NCBI GenBank assembly: GCA_964036045.1
Contig: OZ038378.1
Coordinates: 195,796,001-195,860,000 of the forward strand
DNA: 64,000 nucleotides
Direction of reading: 5' to 3'
DNA from: Eutreptiella sp. 'Long Island Sound 2002'
Taxonomy: Eukaryota > Protista > Euglenida
Position numbers and translations under genes: made by a program. Within the stretch, counting starts at the first letter, position 1. Each line of letters opens with the position of its first letter. Shown in pieces: positions 26,455 to 37,867 of the stretch. The notes under the pieces were generated by a model. That model did no database searches. It saw only the letters and a list, made by a program, of their open reading frames with translations, and had not been told where the DNA came from.

Positions 26455-26679
26455 GCCTGGTTCCTGCCCGCCGAGAAGAAGCAGGTGGCCACGGCGGAGC
26501 TGACTTTCAAGACCCTGAGCCAGGGCGCCACGCCCGCGGCCCCCGGGGGGCCGGAGCCCAAGGTCCCCAAGACCAAAGGCGGTGGGCGGAAGGCCCGCAG
26601 CGACTGGCGGAAGAACGACGCGGTGCTGGTCGCTGTCGGCGAGTTGCTGCCGCACGCGGGTCTCACGGCCTGCCACCAG
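26455..26679 (+). CDS. F-box-like/leucine-rich-repeat protein, first identifiable exon (AWFLPAEKKQVATAELTFK...VGELLPHAGLTACHQ)
   Basis: Pyrimidine-rich acceptor ending TTAG at 26454, donor CAG|GT at 26680, GC3-rich codons. Splices in frame to 29069, giving the F-box-like GELLPHAGLTACHQVNRRFR. Start codon unresolved. Confidence 0.7.
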
Positions 26680-28812
26680 GTCTCTTGCCGCGCCTGTGCC
26701 CCCGTGTGACGCGCGCGCGGCTTTGGGACTGGGGGGGGGGGGGGGGGGGGGCAGGGGGCACAATGGGGAGGGCGTGCGCTGCGTGGGCCCTGCGCGGGCC
26801 TACATTGGAATGGCCGACAACCCCAGGAGGACCCCCACCCCCCCCCGCCCGCTGCCCAGCCGCTGTGAACTGACACAGCGACAGCACAACACAGCCGTTC
26901 CACCCGCCCCGTGTGGCCAGCGGCCCGTGGCTACGGCAGTGGCGCCCCCCGGATGCCTCACGAGGCCGAAGAGGCGACCAGCGCAGCCACACCCAACCAC
27001 ACGGGGGCCGGGTGGCGCGGGTACAAGGACTCAATCCATGCCCATACCCATACCCAGACCGAAGGGACCATCGCGGTAAAACACGAAATTTACAAAAGGG
27101 AACATCTGATCGGGCCATTTTTGGGACGCAACCTTTTGGGTCCCATCCCCCCGGCCAGGGAATCGCTTGAAGGGGGGGTCCCCCCCCCCCCCCCCACACT
27201 CCGGCCCTGACTCTACCCCAAAGGCATCCCTATACCCCCACACCAGCCCCAACCGCATTTCCAACCGCCAGTAACCGCCCCCCCACCGCTTCACATCCCC
27301 TGTGACCGCTCTGCAACCGCTCTGAAATTTCTCTGATCGCACCCCTCGCCTTCAAGCAAAGCCCTGCCGGCCCCCCTCCCCTCTTCCAATGTGAACTTGG
27401 CCCTACGTGCACTGGAAGGGGGTGCCGCACATGACGGGGCCCCAGGGGACAGGGTGCCCCCCACCACCGCTCCTTCGAAAGTGTAGAGGCACGGACGTGA
27501 GCGAAACACGTCGCAAGCGTCGGTACTCAAGCGATCTCCTGAAGGAGCCTAAGGCCTCGGACACTGCCCTGGAACCCGATCGGAGGGGGTGCGTTGCTGG
27601 ACAGCGGGGGGCATGTGTGGCGGTGCCTTCACGGCGCCTTGCGGGACAGCCTGGGCACTGTGTGTCCCGCTGCCGCCGCGCTGAAACGTGGCGTACAGTC
27701 GTGGATGGCAGAGCGATTGTGGGGGGGAGCGACCCCCGCTGATGTATGGCCAAGTAAAAGGGTGCGGGGAACACAAGATCAGGACCGTAGTGCGTTATTT
27801 AGGGCACCAACCGTTAGGTGATGGATGGACTTGTGGCTACCGGACCTTGCATTGGCTTCCGATTTTGACCCAGAAAGAATCATCCACAGATCTGGGTTCC
27901 TTGGATATCAAGTCTAACGCCCCCCCCCCCCCCCAAAATCATTGGGAGAGGGTGCGAAGTGGCTTTGGAGAGGTCCGGTGAGCTGGTGCAGAGGTGGGGC
28001 GGTTGCGGACCCCAGAACCGGACCGAACGCCCGGTGGCGGGCAGCAGCAGCAGGGCATCGGCCGCCCGGCAGCCACAGCACCGCAGGCCACCAACGACGC
28101 CCCCCCCCCCCCTCCCCCACACGCAAGGTGACACGGATGAAAGACAGTAGCGTTAGGGTGCCTTTCTCTGTCTTGTAGCATATAAACACTCTTGTGTTGA
28201 CAGAACAAGGCCAACAGGCGCAGTGATTTGTATGGTAGCACATTTGTATCATATCAATGATCCCTTGGAACTGCCGAACATTGCTGCATATGCATACCAG
28301 GACGTGCATGTGTAGAGCGCTTTGAGACCTGCTTGCGCCCCCCTCCCCCAGTGAGCTGCACCGCGCGCACTACTTTGGGTGATTGGGGTGCCGTGCCGCC
28401 TGTTGCCCGGCATTCGATGTGGGCCGGCGCTGCCCCACGGCCGGCGCTGTGGGGGATCCTGCGGGCCGCCCGGCGTACGGGGCTGCGTGTGGCATGGCCT
28501 GCGGTCCTGGGCCGATGCAAGCGCTGGGTCCACGGCCTTTGACGAACGGAGGTTGACTGACAGGCGCCAGGGACGGATAAAGTAGTGAGGCCATTGTTTT
28601 GGTGGGGATTTGGGGGTAAGGGGGGCTGAGGAGGCCTGAGATGACAACATGACCGTTTCGAAATTGCAATTGTCCGCTGCTTTTTGCTGCGCAGGTACGT
28701 GCCACAGTTGCATGGATTGCTGCTGCCGAACTCCAATAAATCTGCCGGGATTAGGTTGCCCAGGCTATGCACTCCTTCTGCAGCATTGTCATCACCTCTT
28801 AGTCCTCACGGC

Positions 28813-29013
28813 CTACGGGATGCATTTGAAGGGAACGGACCTCAGAGGCAGCCCCAGAGGCGGTCAGCCAGGAGGTTGCCAAAGCGGTTGTGGGCGGTTA
28901 TTGTCGGTTACAAATGCCGTTGAAGCTGGCACTTGGCGTCAGGGGGACAGCGGGCGCCCTGGGCGCCCTGGAGGGGGGGGGGGGGTACCTCACCCCCTTC
29001 CGATGAATCTCTG
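28813..29013. mobile_element. hAT-type MITE, family A
   Basis: Ends ..GGGATGCATTTGAA and TTCCGATGAATCTCTG; flanks CTCACGGC and CTCACGGG (7/8). Internal sequence is similar to 2089-2298 and 61817-61990. Confidence 0.75.
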
Positions 29014-29068
29014 CTCACGGGGCCCGTTTGGGTGTCCGCATGCGCCACCCCCCGCACCCTCTCCGCAG

Positions 29069-29506
29069 GTCAACCGCCGCTTCCGTGCTGCCCTCACGCC
29101 GCTGCTCCGGCGCGTGTGCCACGTCGAGGACCCCGCAGGCCCCGGGCCCCCGGGCCTGAGCCGGGACGTCCACGTCTGCAAGCGCCTGTCGCACCGGTGC
29201 CAGTCCGCGTGCCGCTCGCTGGTGCTGCGCCACGTCCCGCTGCCCCTGCCACTGTGCGGTCTGCTGGGGGCCCGCCTGCGGGGCGCGGCGCTGCAGCAGC
29301 TGTGGCTGGAGGGGAACGGCCTCACCGACGCCCACGGGGCCGATCTGGGGCGCTGGTTGGGCGAGGGTGCGGGGGCGGGCCTGAGGCATGTGACGGTGCG
29401 GGGCAACCCCGACGTGCGGGAGTACGCGTGGCTGCGGGGGCTTGGGGGCGATGGGGCTGAGATGCACGTCGACCTCCAAGGCAACGCTGTGCAGGACGTG
29501 TGCGAG
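29069..29506 (+). CDS. LRR protein exon (VNRRFRAAL...LQQLWLEGNGLTDAHGADLGRWL...LRHVTVRGNP...VDLQGNAVQDVCE)
   Basis: RNI-like LxxLxLxxN repeats. Acceptor cgcAG at 29067-29068, donor GAG|GTAT at 29507; 438 nt, phase 0/0. Confidence 0.85.
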
Positions 29507-29559
29507 GTATGCGCGGCGGGGCGTGCTGCGGGGACGCTTCCCAAGGGTGTGGCAATGCC

Positions 29560-29673
29560 CCCTCCCCTCCCCTCACCTCACCTCCCGTCCCCTCCCCTCA
29601 ACTCACCTCACCTCACCTCCCCTCAACTCATCTCCCCTCCCCTCATCTTCGCTCCCCTCCCCTCCCCTCCACT
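29560..29673 (+). repeat. (CCTCA/CCTCC)n polypyrimidine pentamer tract
   Basis: Read directly; it lies just inside LRR intron 29507-32305. Confidence 0.9.
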
Positions 29674-32305
29674 TCAGCACATGTGTAGACACGGGCACCC
29701 AAAGGCACCCTGCCTCTCAGCAGGCGTGACCTCGGGATCAGGCGTTGTGGTATGTCGGCCCGCCCCGCACCAAAGTAGGGGTGGTGGTAGGCAATCACCA
29801 CTCAGGCACAGACGCCTGCTGCTACGGGCCCCCAGCAAGTCCTGCCCCGACCAGCAGGCGGCCCCAAACCCCGCATCTGGCGGCACCATGAGCACATGGT
29901 GGGTGAGTAGGTGCCCGAGGAGTGCTGTGTAGACAGTTTTGCGCCCACACCCGTCGATCAGGGCGTAGCGCCTGTTCCCCGGTCGACGCACGACCATGGT
30001 CAACAAGTGTGGCCACCCAGAGTGACGTGGCGTAACGTGACGCCAAACACACAAGCACAGAGACCACGCGAAACAAGAGCACGAGCGCTGCGACACACAG
30101 AGCAAACATGAAGCGCACCAACGCCCACCCAGGCACCGGAGACAGCCGCTGGGTTGGTAATGCAGCTGGGGTCCCTATAACTCCCAGATTGGTAACGGGG
30201 CAGGGGCAGTAAAAACACTTCATGGTGCCAATCTGAAGTCTGGTTGTGTGCCTTTGAGGCCCCCAGGACTAATGGGGTCATGCCAGCCCCCAAATTGGCG
30301 GCTGAATTCGGCCAATTTCGCCGACTTTTTCTGCTGATTTGTTGGGTTTCTGAATTCCGCCAATTTGTTTTGCCGATTTGTGGGGGTCCGGCAAATACCA
30401 GTGCAGTGCAATGGTGTGCAGACACAGGCGGTGGTGGCAAGGCCGCACTACAGCGTGTCAACACATGCTGCGCTGTAAACAGAAGCACAGTCACCCACGC
30501 GGAGGCACAAGTCCTCCATCGCAAGGCACAACTCCTCCATTCGAAGGCACAAGTCCTCCCCAGGGAGCCCAAGGGGACACCGACCCCCTGACATGAGCCA
30601 GGCACAGTGGTGGGGCGAAATGTGGAGCAGAAGAACGCACGTAGAGTGAGTGCACAGCAGCACAACCGACACCGCGAGGATTTCTGCCAAAGGGGCAGCC
30701 CCAGCGCCGACAGTGGCCGCTCTGACCGCTCTGACCGCCAAGGCATGAGGATCCCATGGATACCAAAAGCATACGGCTGAACTGCATCCACATCCACATC
30801 CCCTCCCTTTCCGCACAACAAGGTCACACAGTTCAGCTGTCATGCAACTGATGCCTGAACTAGAGGTTCCTAGCTCGAATCCCGTTTGGCCGTTGGAGAC
30901 ATAAGCACGACTGCAACGTCTTAGGTGCTAGGGTGTTTGTGACTGTGCGATCTGGAAGGGATGCCATGAGGGAGAAAGGGTAACTATATGTTGTGGGAAG
31001 GAGGGATGTTTACACAGGTCTTGTACCCAAGGGTTTGCTCTCCTTGGGGAGCATTGTGGGAGGGGGTAAAAGCCACCCCATTCCGGGCAAACCCGCCGTA
31101 AAAATAGCATGCGCTGCGCACACGGCGCGGGTACTCTCCCACACACATAAGGGGGTGAGAGGCCGATGGCCACCGCCTACGGAGGGAAAGGCATCAAAAG
31201 GGAAAGGACACAGGTAGATGGCAAGAGGCCAATAGGTGCTGCCGGCTGCAGACAACAATCCACATTGGCGTGATGCCAACCTCCCCGGGGTCCGTCAAAA
31301 AATTCCATGTTTAAAGGAAAATATTTTTAAGCCTTTTGTGGTCCACACACTCTAGGATCTCAGAATTGCCCCCCTCCCCCCTCTTCTAAAACAAGCCCAA
31401 CAGGGCGTTGTTGGGCATCGCCAGAGGAGGTCCATGGCTGTGAGTGACCTTGGGGCAGGGAAGTGCCGTTGGGGACGCATTTGTGCACCCCCCGGGCAGC
31501 CTGTGAGCCTTAAGACGGGCCACCAAATCCACATCCAAATTCACTGAACCCCCCCCCCCCCCTGCCCCTGTCCCTCCCCTCTTTCCAGGGGGAGTGGGGG
31601 AAGCTGGGGCTGCGTTGCCTAGAAACTGGTGAAACAAAGTGAGTTCAACAGCCAAGACACGCACTGACAGTGAAGGCCATCGGGTGCCAGGGACCACTGA
31701 CCCGGCCCAGAGCAGTCCAGAATGACACCCACGGCGTCTGCATTAAGGACCGCCATTCAGGACTGCTCGCGTCGCAACCGCCGTTGAGTGCCCTCCAACC
31801 TCCGCAAGGCTCTGGTCGGTGGAGAGGTCAGAGCACATGGCTTACAAACCCCCCGGTTCCATTTTGAGCGGCGCTGGGAATACCACCGCGACCTCCGAAC
31901 ACTCCTGAGGGCCCCCAGATCCAGAGTCCGCGCCGGGGGCTTGACACTGACGGTGGGCAACACGCCGCTCATGCCCTGGTACACTTTGCAACCGCCGTCG
32001 GTTATCCTTCAATTGCCGTTGGGCCCCAATCACCGGGCGGGGGGTCGCCGGGCGCCAGCAATACTGTTGTGGTGTCCCGTTAGGGACCACCCGGACCCCG
32101 GCGTATGTCGCATAGCCGTAGCTCGGCTCAGACCGCGTTCAGGCCCATGGGACGCACGTGCCCAGGCTCTGCACGTTCGTCTGACGGGATCCGCCGAGTG
32201 TGCCCAAGGCTGACCCGCATCGACGCACCGCCTCCCAAACCCACGCCCTGCCCCTTCCGCCGGTGGCACCACTGACCCCCCCCTTCCCCTCCCCCTTTTG
32301 AACAG

Positions 32306-32545
32306 GCAGTGCACCACATGTCCCGTTGTGGGGGCATCACCCTGGCCCACAACCCCGTCCCATCCCCCGGTCCGCTGGCCACAAGCCTCAGTGCCTGCCG
32401 CTCCTTGAGTTACCTCGCCTTATGTGCCCTTGGGCTCGCCGACGCGGACCTGCAGACCATACTTGAGGCCCTGAGGACCGCCCAGCCACCCCTGCACACC
32501 CTCCGCCTGGGCAACCCCCACACGATGGGGGGCACGGCCACGCCG
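32306..32545 (+). CDS. LRR protein exon (AVHHMSRCGGITLAHNP...LSYLALCALGLADADL...LHTLRLGNP...ATP)
   Basis: LRR pattern. Acceptor aacAG at 32304-32305, donor CCG|GTATG at 32546; 240 nt, phase 0/0. Confidence 0.82.
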
Positions 32546-32607
32546 GTATGTGAGTGCGTGCCCCCCGCCTCAACCTTCGGACCCTTCGGAGGTCGTTGCA
32601 GCCTGCC

Positions 32608-32805
32608 AAGGGATGCGTTAGAACGGCAGACAACCGCAGGAGGGAGGGGGGTACCCCCTGGGCCCCCTCTCCCCGGGATCCAGGTTTCATAGTGGGGAAA
32701 ATGAAATCTACAAAAAGAAATATTGATTTGAGCCATTTTTAGTACACAAACTTCTGGGTTCCAGACTGCCCCACCCCCCCCTTCCTCTGTTCTAATACAT
32801 CCCTG
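32608..32805. mobile_element. hAT-type MITE, family A variant
   Basis: Ends AAGGGATGCGTTAGAA and TTCTAATACATCCCTG; internal similarity to 6711-6899 and 58040-58230. No clear TSD. Confidence 0.7.
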
Positions 32806-32989
32806 CCTCTCCCCCTCCAATTCTTGGCAATTCCCAAATCAGTTGTGGTGGAGAGCCTCCCCCCCCCCCCCCCCGGTGGTCTGGCAATGATTTCATGCAC
32901 ACCCTCTACCGGCGCTGGCAGGGGAGCAGTGGCTCTCACCGACAAAACTGCATTACCCCCCACCCCCAAACTCCAATCTTCTACGAATG

Positions 32990-33660
32990 ATCTCGGTGAA
33001 CAACAGCAACAACAACACTCGCACAAAAGACATGGTACTGGACGCCCGCCGTGTGACACGGCAAGCGGAAGCCGTTGGGGGATGGCCTTGCGAAACAGTC
33101 TTCCAGAGGGTTCGTCCACACGGTTTGTCTGCGCACACGTCGGACATGACCTGGAAATGGTCCTTGTCTTGTCCTCGCGAGCCAAGGAAGTATTAGAACG
33201 GCCGTACCCTATCGGAGGAGGGGGGGGAACACCCCGAACCCCCTTCCCCTCCGACCAAAGTGACCATCGTGGGAAAAAACGAACTTCACAACAGGGAGAC
33301 TCTGGTCGGCCATTTTTGGTACGCATCCCTGCAAAGGCTGCATAGGTGCCAGCACCGCTGGTGAGCAAATGAGAGCCAGTGGTACCTGAACCATCTGAAT
33401 CTTCTTTTTCCCGTGCACAACTTTTGCAGCGGCGGTCAGCGAAAACCCTTGTGGAGCCAAGAGAGTGTTGACACTTGATATGTGCGTGGCCCTGCCCACA
33501 ACAGTGATCCAGCGTAAGGCATCACACAGTGCCTGGGCACGCACGCCCTCAGGAAACGCACTGGGCAAGGCTCTCTCTGCCTCCTGAAGCACATGGTCTG
33601 GGACCAGATCAGTGATCTCCCGCAGCAAACGTGTGATTCTGGATCGGCAGCACGGATGTA
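32990..33660 (-). pseudogene. Possible tyrosine recombinase relic (DIRS/VIPER/TATE/Crypton-like), split by MITEs
   Basis: TVVGRATHISSV...VHGKKKIQMVQVPL resembles the GxRxxE and GK..K.R.VPL motifs of the YR catalytic domain. The downstream part is degenerate. Confidence 0.4.
33183..33331. mobile_element. Internally deleted family A MITE interrupting a recombinase-like relic
   Basis: Starts CAAGGAAGTATTAGAA and ends GCATCCCTG. No TSD seen. Confidence 0.6.
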
Positions 33661-33709
33661 TATATTGGTGACCGAATTATTTTGGTGGTGTGTGGGGGGG
33701 GGGGGGCGG

Positions 33710-33985
33710 GATGACGAAATGACGATTATGACACTCCTTTGTCCCTTTTATGTAAAAGGGTACTTTTGGCGCCGAAGCCACCGAATTTTTTTCTGAGGGG
33801 CCAAAAGTGGTCCAAAATCTCGAAAAAAATGTGCTTTGCAAAAACGCCATGAGGCCCATCAAAGTCATCAGCGGAACGTGCTGAACGCTAAGATGTATGT
33901 GGCGGGGGCCAAAAATCAACGGTCAAAATTCCTCAAAATTGGCCAAAATTGGCCGGCTGAATTTCGTCATCGTCATTTCGTCATC
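33710..33985. mobile_element. MITE with 17-bp perfect TIR GATGACGAAATGACGAT
   Basis: 33710-33726 is the reverse complement of 33969-33985. The element lies between G-runs. Confidence 0.7.
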
Positions 33986-35106
33986 GGGGCACGGGGGGGG
34001 GATCGGCAGAATCTGCCAAGAGTGAGAAGAGAGAAGCGTCATATGGGGCATGTTCCATGTCTGCAAAGATAGCGCCTGCAAACATGTGACTTGTGATCAC
34101 AGTCTCCATCATGTGACACTTGCTGGATATTGCTGCTAGTCTTGCACAGGGGGACCAATAGCACATGCAGAAACATTCCTGTAGAGCTTCGATCATATGG
34201 TATACGGTGGGACCGCCAAACCCAGCGTATACCTGTCCCAAGCACAAATGACAAAGGCAAGTAACTAGTTTGAGAACAAATGAATGGAGTTGAAAAAGAC
34301 AATATTCTGTTGCGGGCGGGGGTAATTCCATGGGAAAATTTCGTCTTTAATGAACGTGCCGAAATTTCCCCTCGCCAAATTTAGGGGTTTCGGCAGGGCA
34401 GTGAAGATGCCAATGGCACTGCATATTGTGGGTTCATAGTTTTGGAGCAAGTGTTTGGAACAGCAGACTCTTTCAGATGTTGTCAATTTATGCTTCTTTC
34501 AGTGGCAATTTGGCTTGCAGACCTTTCTGATTTTGAACGGGGCAAGGGCCTGCACGTTAGGGTGTGCGTGAGGCAGTTGGGAGCTTTGGGAATTCCGCGC
34601 GTGGCGAAGTTTTACCCCCATGAGACTGTCCCTGGCGAAATAATCCCTGTACAAAAATTTCCCCCTCCCTGTACCTGAGGACTGTGGACAAGTTGCTTGC
34701 CGTGGTGTATCTGTGTTGCGTGAATTCGATGGAAGGTCAAAGATGCATCTTTGAGCGAATGCTGATGGACGAGTATCTCTGATGACGTCACACGAATGGG
34801 CTGGCCGCATGGGTTATGTTCATACTTGGACACAGAGCCACTCTGGCTGAAGAAGATGAGCTGACTGCAAAGTGGGACCGCACGGGTTGCACCTTAGTGC
34901 CCTTGCCGCTCTGGTCTGTTTTTTATATTCCATACGCGGGAACAGTCTCATACAGTTTCATACGTAATGGTAGACCCATGCCCTCTTGCCGAAGTACTGC
35001 CATCTGTGGAGAGTAATCTGCAACTGATATGAAAGAGGGGGCAGGGAAAATAGATGGGGGGAGAGGGGGTGGGGCAAATGTTATATGGTTCTATCTTGTC
35101 CTGATT

Positions 35107-35881
35107 GAGGGAGATATAAGCGCGGTGCGCGCGGTGCACCACGCGGTGCGCGCGCGGTGCATTGGTTTTCCACGTGCGCGTACAACCTTTTCTTTCCCCT
35201 TGTGCTGTTTTCTGCACCTCACCACTATTTGCTCCTCCCTTGTGGTGAGCCCGTGTGCCGTGGCTGCGGGATAGGGCGCCAAGCCAGGTTGCGATGGCTG
35301 TCGCGATGGCGGACAATTGCCACGGGTGCCTCGCCCCTCCCTCTATAGAGAACAAATGAAAAATCAGAGGCACAAAACGTTTTCCGCTGAAGTACGCGCG
35401 TTTTTCGTAGCGAGTCTGTGCGTCCACTGTTAGTCACCTTGTTCTTCCCCTTGTGCGGATCTGAAAGATTTATTTTCCATCTGGTTCCTCCTCTTGTTCT
35501 TCCCGTTGTGCAGACCTGAAAGTGTTTTTCTCATTTGGTTTTTGTCATGGCATCACAGCGAAACGCGAAACGTTCGAAACGGCCCCACAGGCTTGGGCAG
35601 TGGGGCACTAGGCTCTTCAGTCGAGCGGCCGTACCGGAGAGTTCTACATCCTCTTCTTCCTCTTCCTACGGCCCTCCCCTGGCAGGGGGTGTGGGCGGCC
35701 ACAACCACCATTGGTGAGGAGGATGGAGTGGAGGCCTCCGTTGTTGTGTGCTTACCCCTTAGGCCACCGCGTCCTTGCCACCCTGAAAAAATGTGAAAAA
35801 TGCAGGAAAGGGTTGGTAGAAACCTAAGCGCGGTGCGCGCGCGGTGCACCACGCGGTGCGCGCGGTGCGTATATCTCCCTC
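35107..35881. mobile_element. 775-bp TIR element with a 3-bp TSD (PIF/Harbinger- or CACTA-like), non-autonomous
   Basis: TIR GAGGGAGATATA / TATATCTCCCTC with ATT on both flanks. (CGCGGTG)n subterminal arrays at 35120-35160 and 35828-35868. Confidence 0.65.
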
Positions 35882-37066
35882 ATTGTGATGTACTGACGAT
35901 ACTGCTTGCTTCTGCTGCCTTGAGCTCCCCTATCCCGGTCCGTTCGCGGCGTCCATGAGAGAGCATGGAGCCCCCACACCACGTCAAGGTCACCGGCCCC
36001 AGGGTCTGAAGTGGGGTGTGGGGGTTCGGGGGTGGGGGTGGGGGTGGGGGCGCAACGAGGAGGGGGTTTGGGGGCCGTGCAGCGCGAAATGATCAACGTG
36101 ACGTGGCAATCACTTCGAGGTAGCGGCATGCCCCCCCCCCCCCCAACACACCGGCCGCTCCACCCCATTCCCCCCGCCGTTTTACTGAAGGCTTTTGAGT
36201 GGGGCGCAGTGGAGCCGGTCCGCCCCCCCTCCCCCCTTTAGGGCTGCTGGTCCAGCATGGGCTTGGAAGGTTGCCCACGGCAGTCAGCTGCGGGACAGCA
36301 GAGTACTGCCGGGGGGGGGGGGGGGTAATTTCGTGGGAAAATTTCGTCGTTAAGGAAGATGGCGAAAATTTTCCCAGCGAAATCTGGGGGCTTTGGCAGT
36401 GCAGTGTGTGCGTGAGGCAGTGTAAGCTTTGGGATTTGCAAGGGTGCCGAAATTCCCCCCCCCCCGAAATTTCCCCCTCCGAAATAATCCTCGTACGAAA
36501 TTCCCCCCCCCCCCCCAAATGTTTCCAAAAGCGCGCTTCCGAGCTGCCCCACCACCACCACCACTCTTCGACGCACATGCATTAGCCCCACGCATGTGTC
36601 CTGCACCTCCCCCCCCTTTACGTTGGAGATATGGGGGGTATGGCGAGGCCCTTTGCAGAAAGCTTCCACAAAAATGATGGCCTGGATCTCGGTCCGAATC
36701 GATGCATAGTGGCCACAACAGGCCGACCAAGTTCTGACCCCCCCCCCCCCCCATTGCTGGAGTCGGCAAACCCCGCGTGGACTCAGGGTGTGCATCTGGA
36801 TGCCCCTGGTCAAAGGCACGGGCAACAGCCCCGTCTCCGGGACGGCCGACCCCCGGAGTAGTCAAACAGGACAAGTCATCCGGGGGCTCTGTTGACACGA
36901 CCAAAACACGTTCGGGCCCACGGAGGGTCAGAATGAGCAGTGGCAAGAGGCCAATAGGCGCCACCAAAGGCAAACAACCTCAAACCGAGGCCTTGTGCCA
37001 ACCACCCCCTCCCCCGCCAGCCCCCCGTGCCGTGCCGCATGCCCGCATCGGCCCTGTGCTCCTCAG

Positions 37067-37417
37067 GCGTCCCCGGTGAACGTGGTCGCTGGACAGGCGG
37101 CCCCTGCTTTGGGCCACCTCCTGAGCACTGTGCCCAGTCTCCAAGGCCTTGACCTCACAGGCCTCAACCTGCAGTCCGAGCACTACCGCATGGCCCTCAC
37201 TCGCCCTTTGGAGCTCCTGAGCGTCGCTGCCAATCCGCCGGATTTTGCCGATTGTGAGCCTTTGAAGAGCGCCATGAGCCAAGGGACGCTCATTGTCAGC
37301 GCGGGGCAGTGTGCGGAGGCGTGCGGCGGACGGGTCCGCGTGGTGCAGGACGCTCCGGCTCTGGACGCCGCGTTTAGGCGGCGGTTTTGGGACCCTGGGT
37401 ACCGTGGCGGTCTCTGA
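37067..37417 (+). CDS. LRR protein last exon (ASPVNVVAG...LQGLDLTGLNL...RRRFWDPGYRGGL*)
   Basis: LQGLDLTGLNL LRR motif. Acceptor cctcAG at 37065-37066, phase 0; stop TGA at 37415-37417. Confidence 0.8.
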   Translation, partial: ASPVNVVAGQAAPALGHLLSTVPSLQGLDLTGLNLQSEHYRMALTRPLELLSVAANPPDFADCEPLKSAMSQGTLIVSAGQCAEACGGRVRVVQDAPALDAAFRRRFWDPGYRGGL

Positions 37418-37774
37418 ACGCCGATCGGACGCAGGGGCCTTGGGCGATGCGGTGGGTGAAGGTGGGGACTCGGAGCCCCGCGTGTCGTGCCTGTGCGAAA
37501 GCGGGGCCACTCCGCCACCCAAAAAGTGGTGCACGCGGAGTTGGAAAGGGAGGGACAGCAGCTGCAATGATGCGTGGCAGGGCACTGACGACGGTTATAG
37601 GTTTTGCCGGTCACCCGATAGCGACGATGATTGGCGGCGTCGGACTCGGTTGTCCTCCGCACGTCGACGCCATTCCACCATTTGGCCGTATTGTCCTGCA
37701 CAATCGGCGGTCCAAAAGTGCGGTGCTGGGGGCCCTTCGAGCCTTCCCCTCAAGCTGGCCTCTACAGTTCTCTG

Positions 37775-37867
37775 CAATCCTCCACAATCCTCCACAATCC
37801 TCCATAATCCTCCACAATCCTCCACAATCCTCCACAATCCTCCACAATCCTCCACAATCCTCCACAA
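37775..37867 (+). repeat. (TCCACAATCC)n 10-bp tandem array, about 9 units
   Basis: Read directly. Confidence 0.95.

Noticed and set aside
30490-30560. 21-nt x3 repeat encoding heptads (EDLCLRM/EELCLAM) as a coiled-coil exon
   Set aside because: Too short, with no splice or ORF support.
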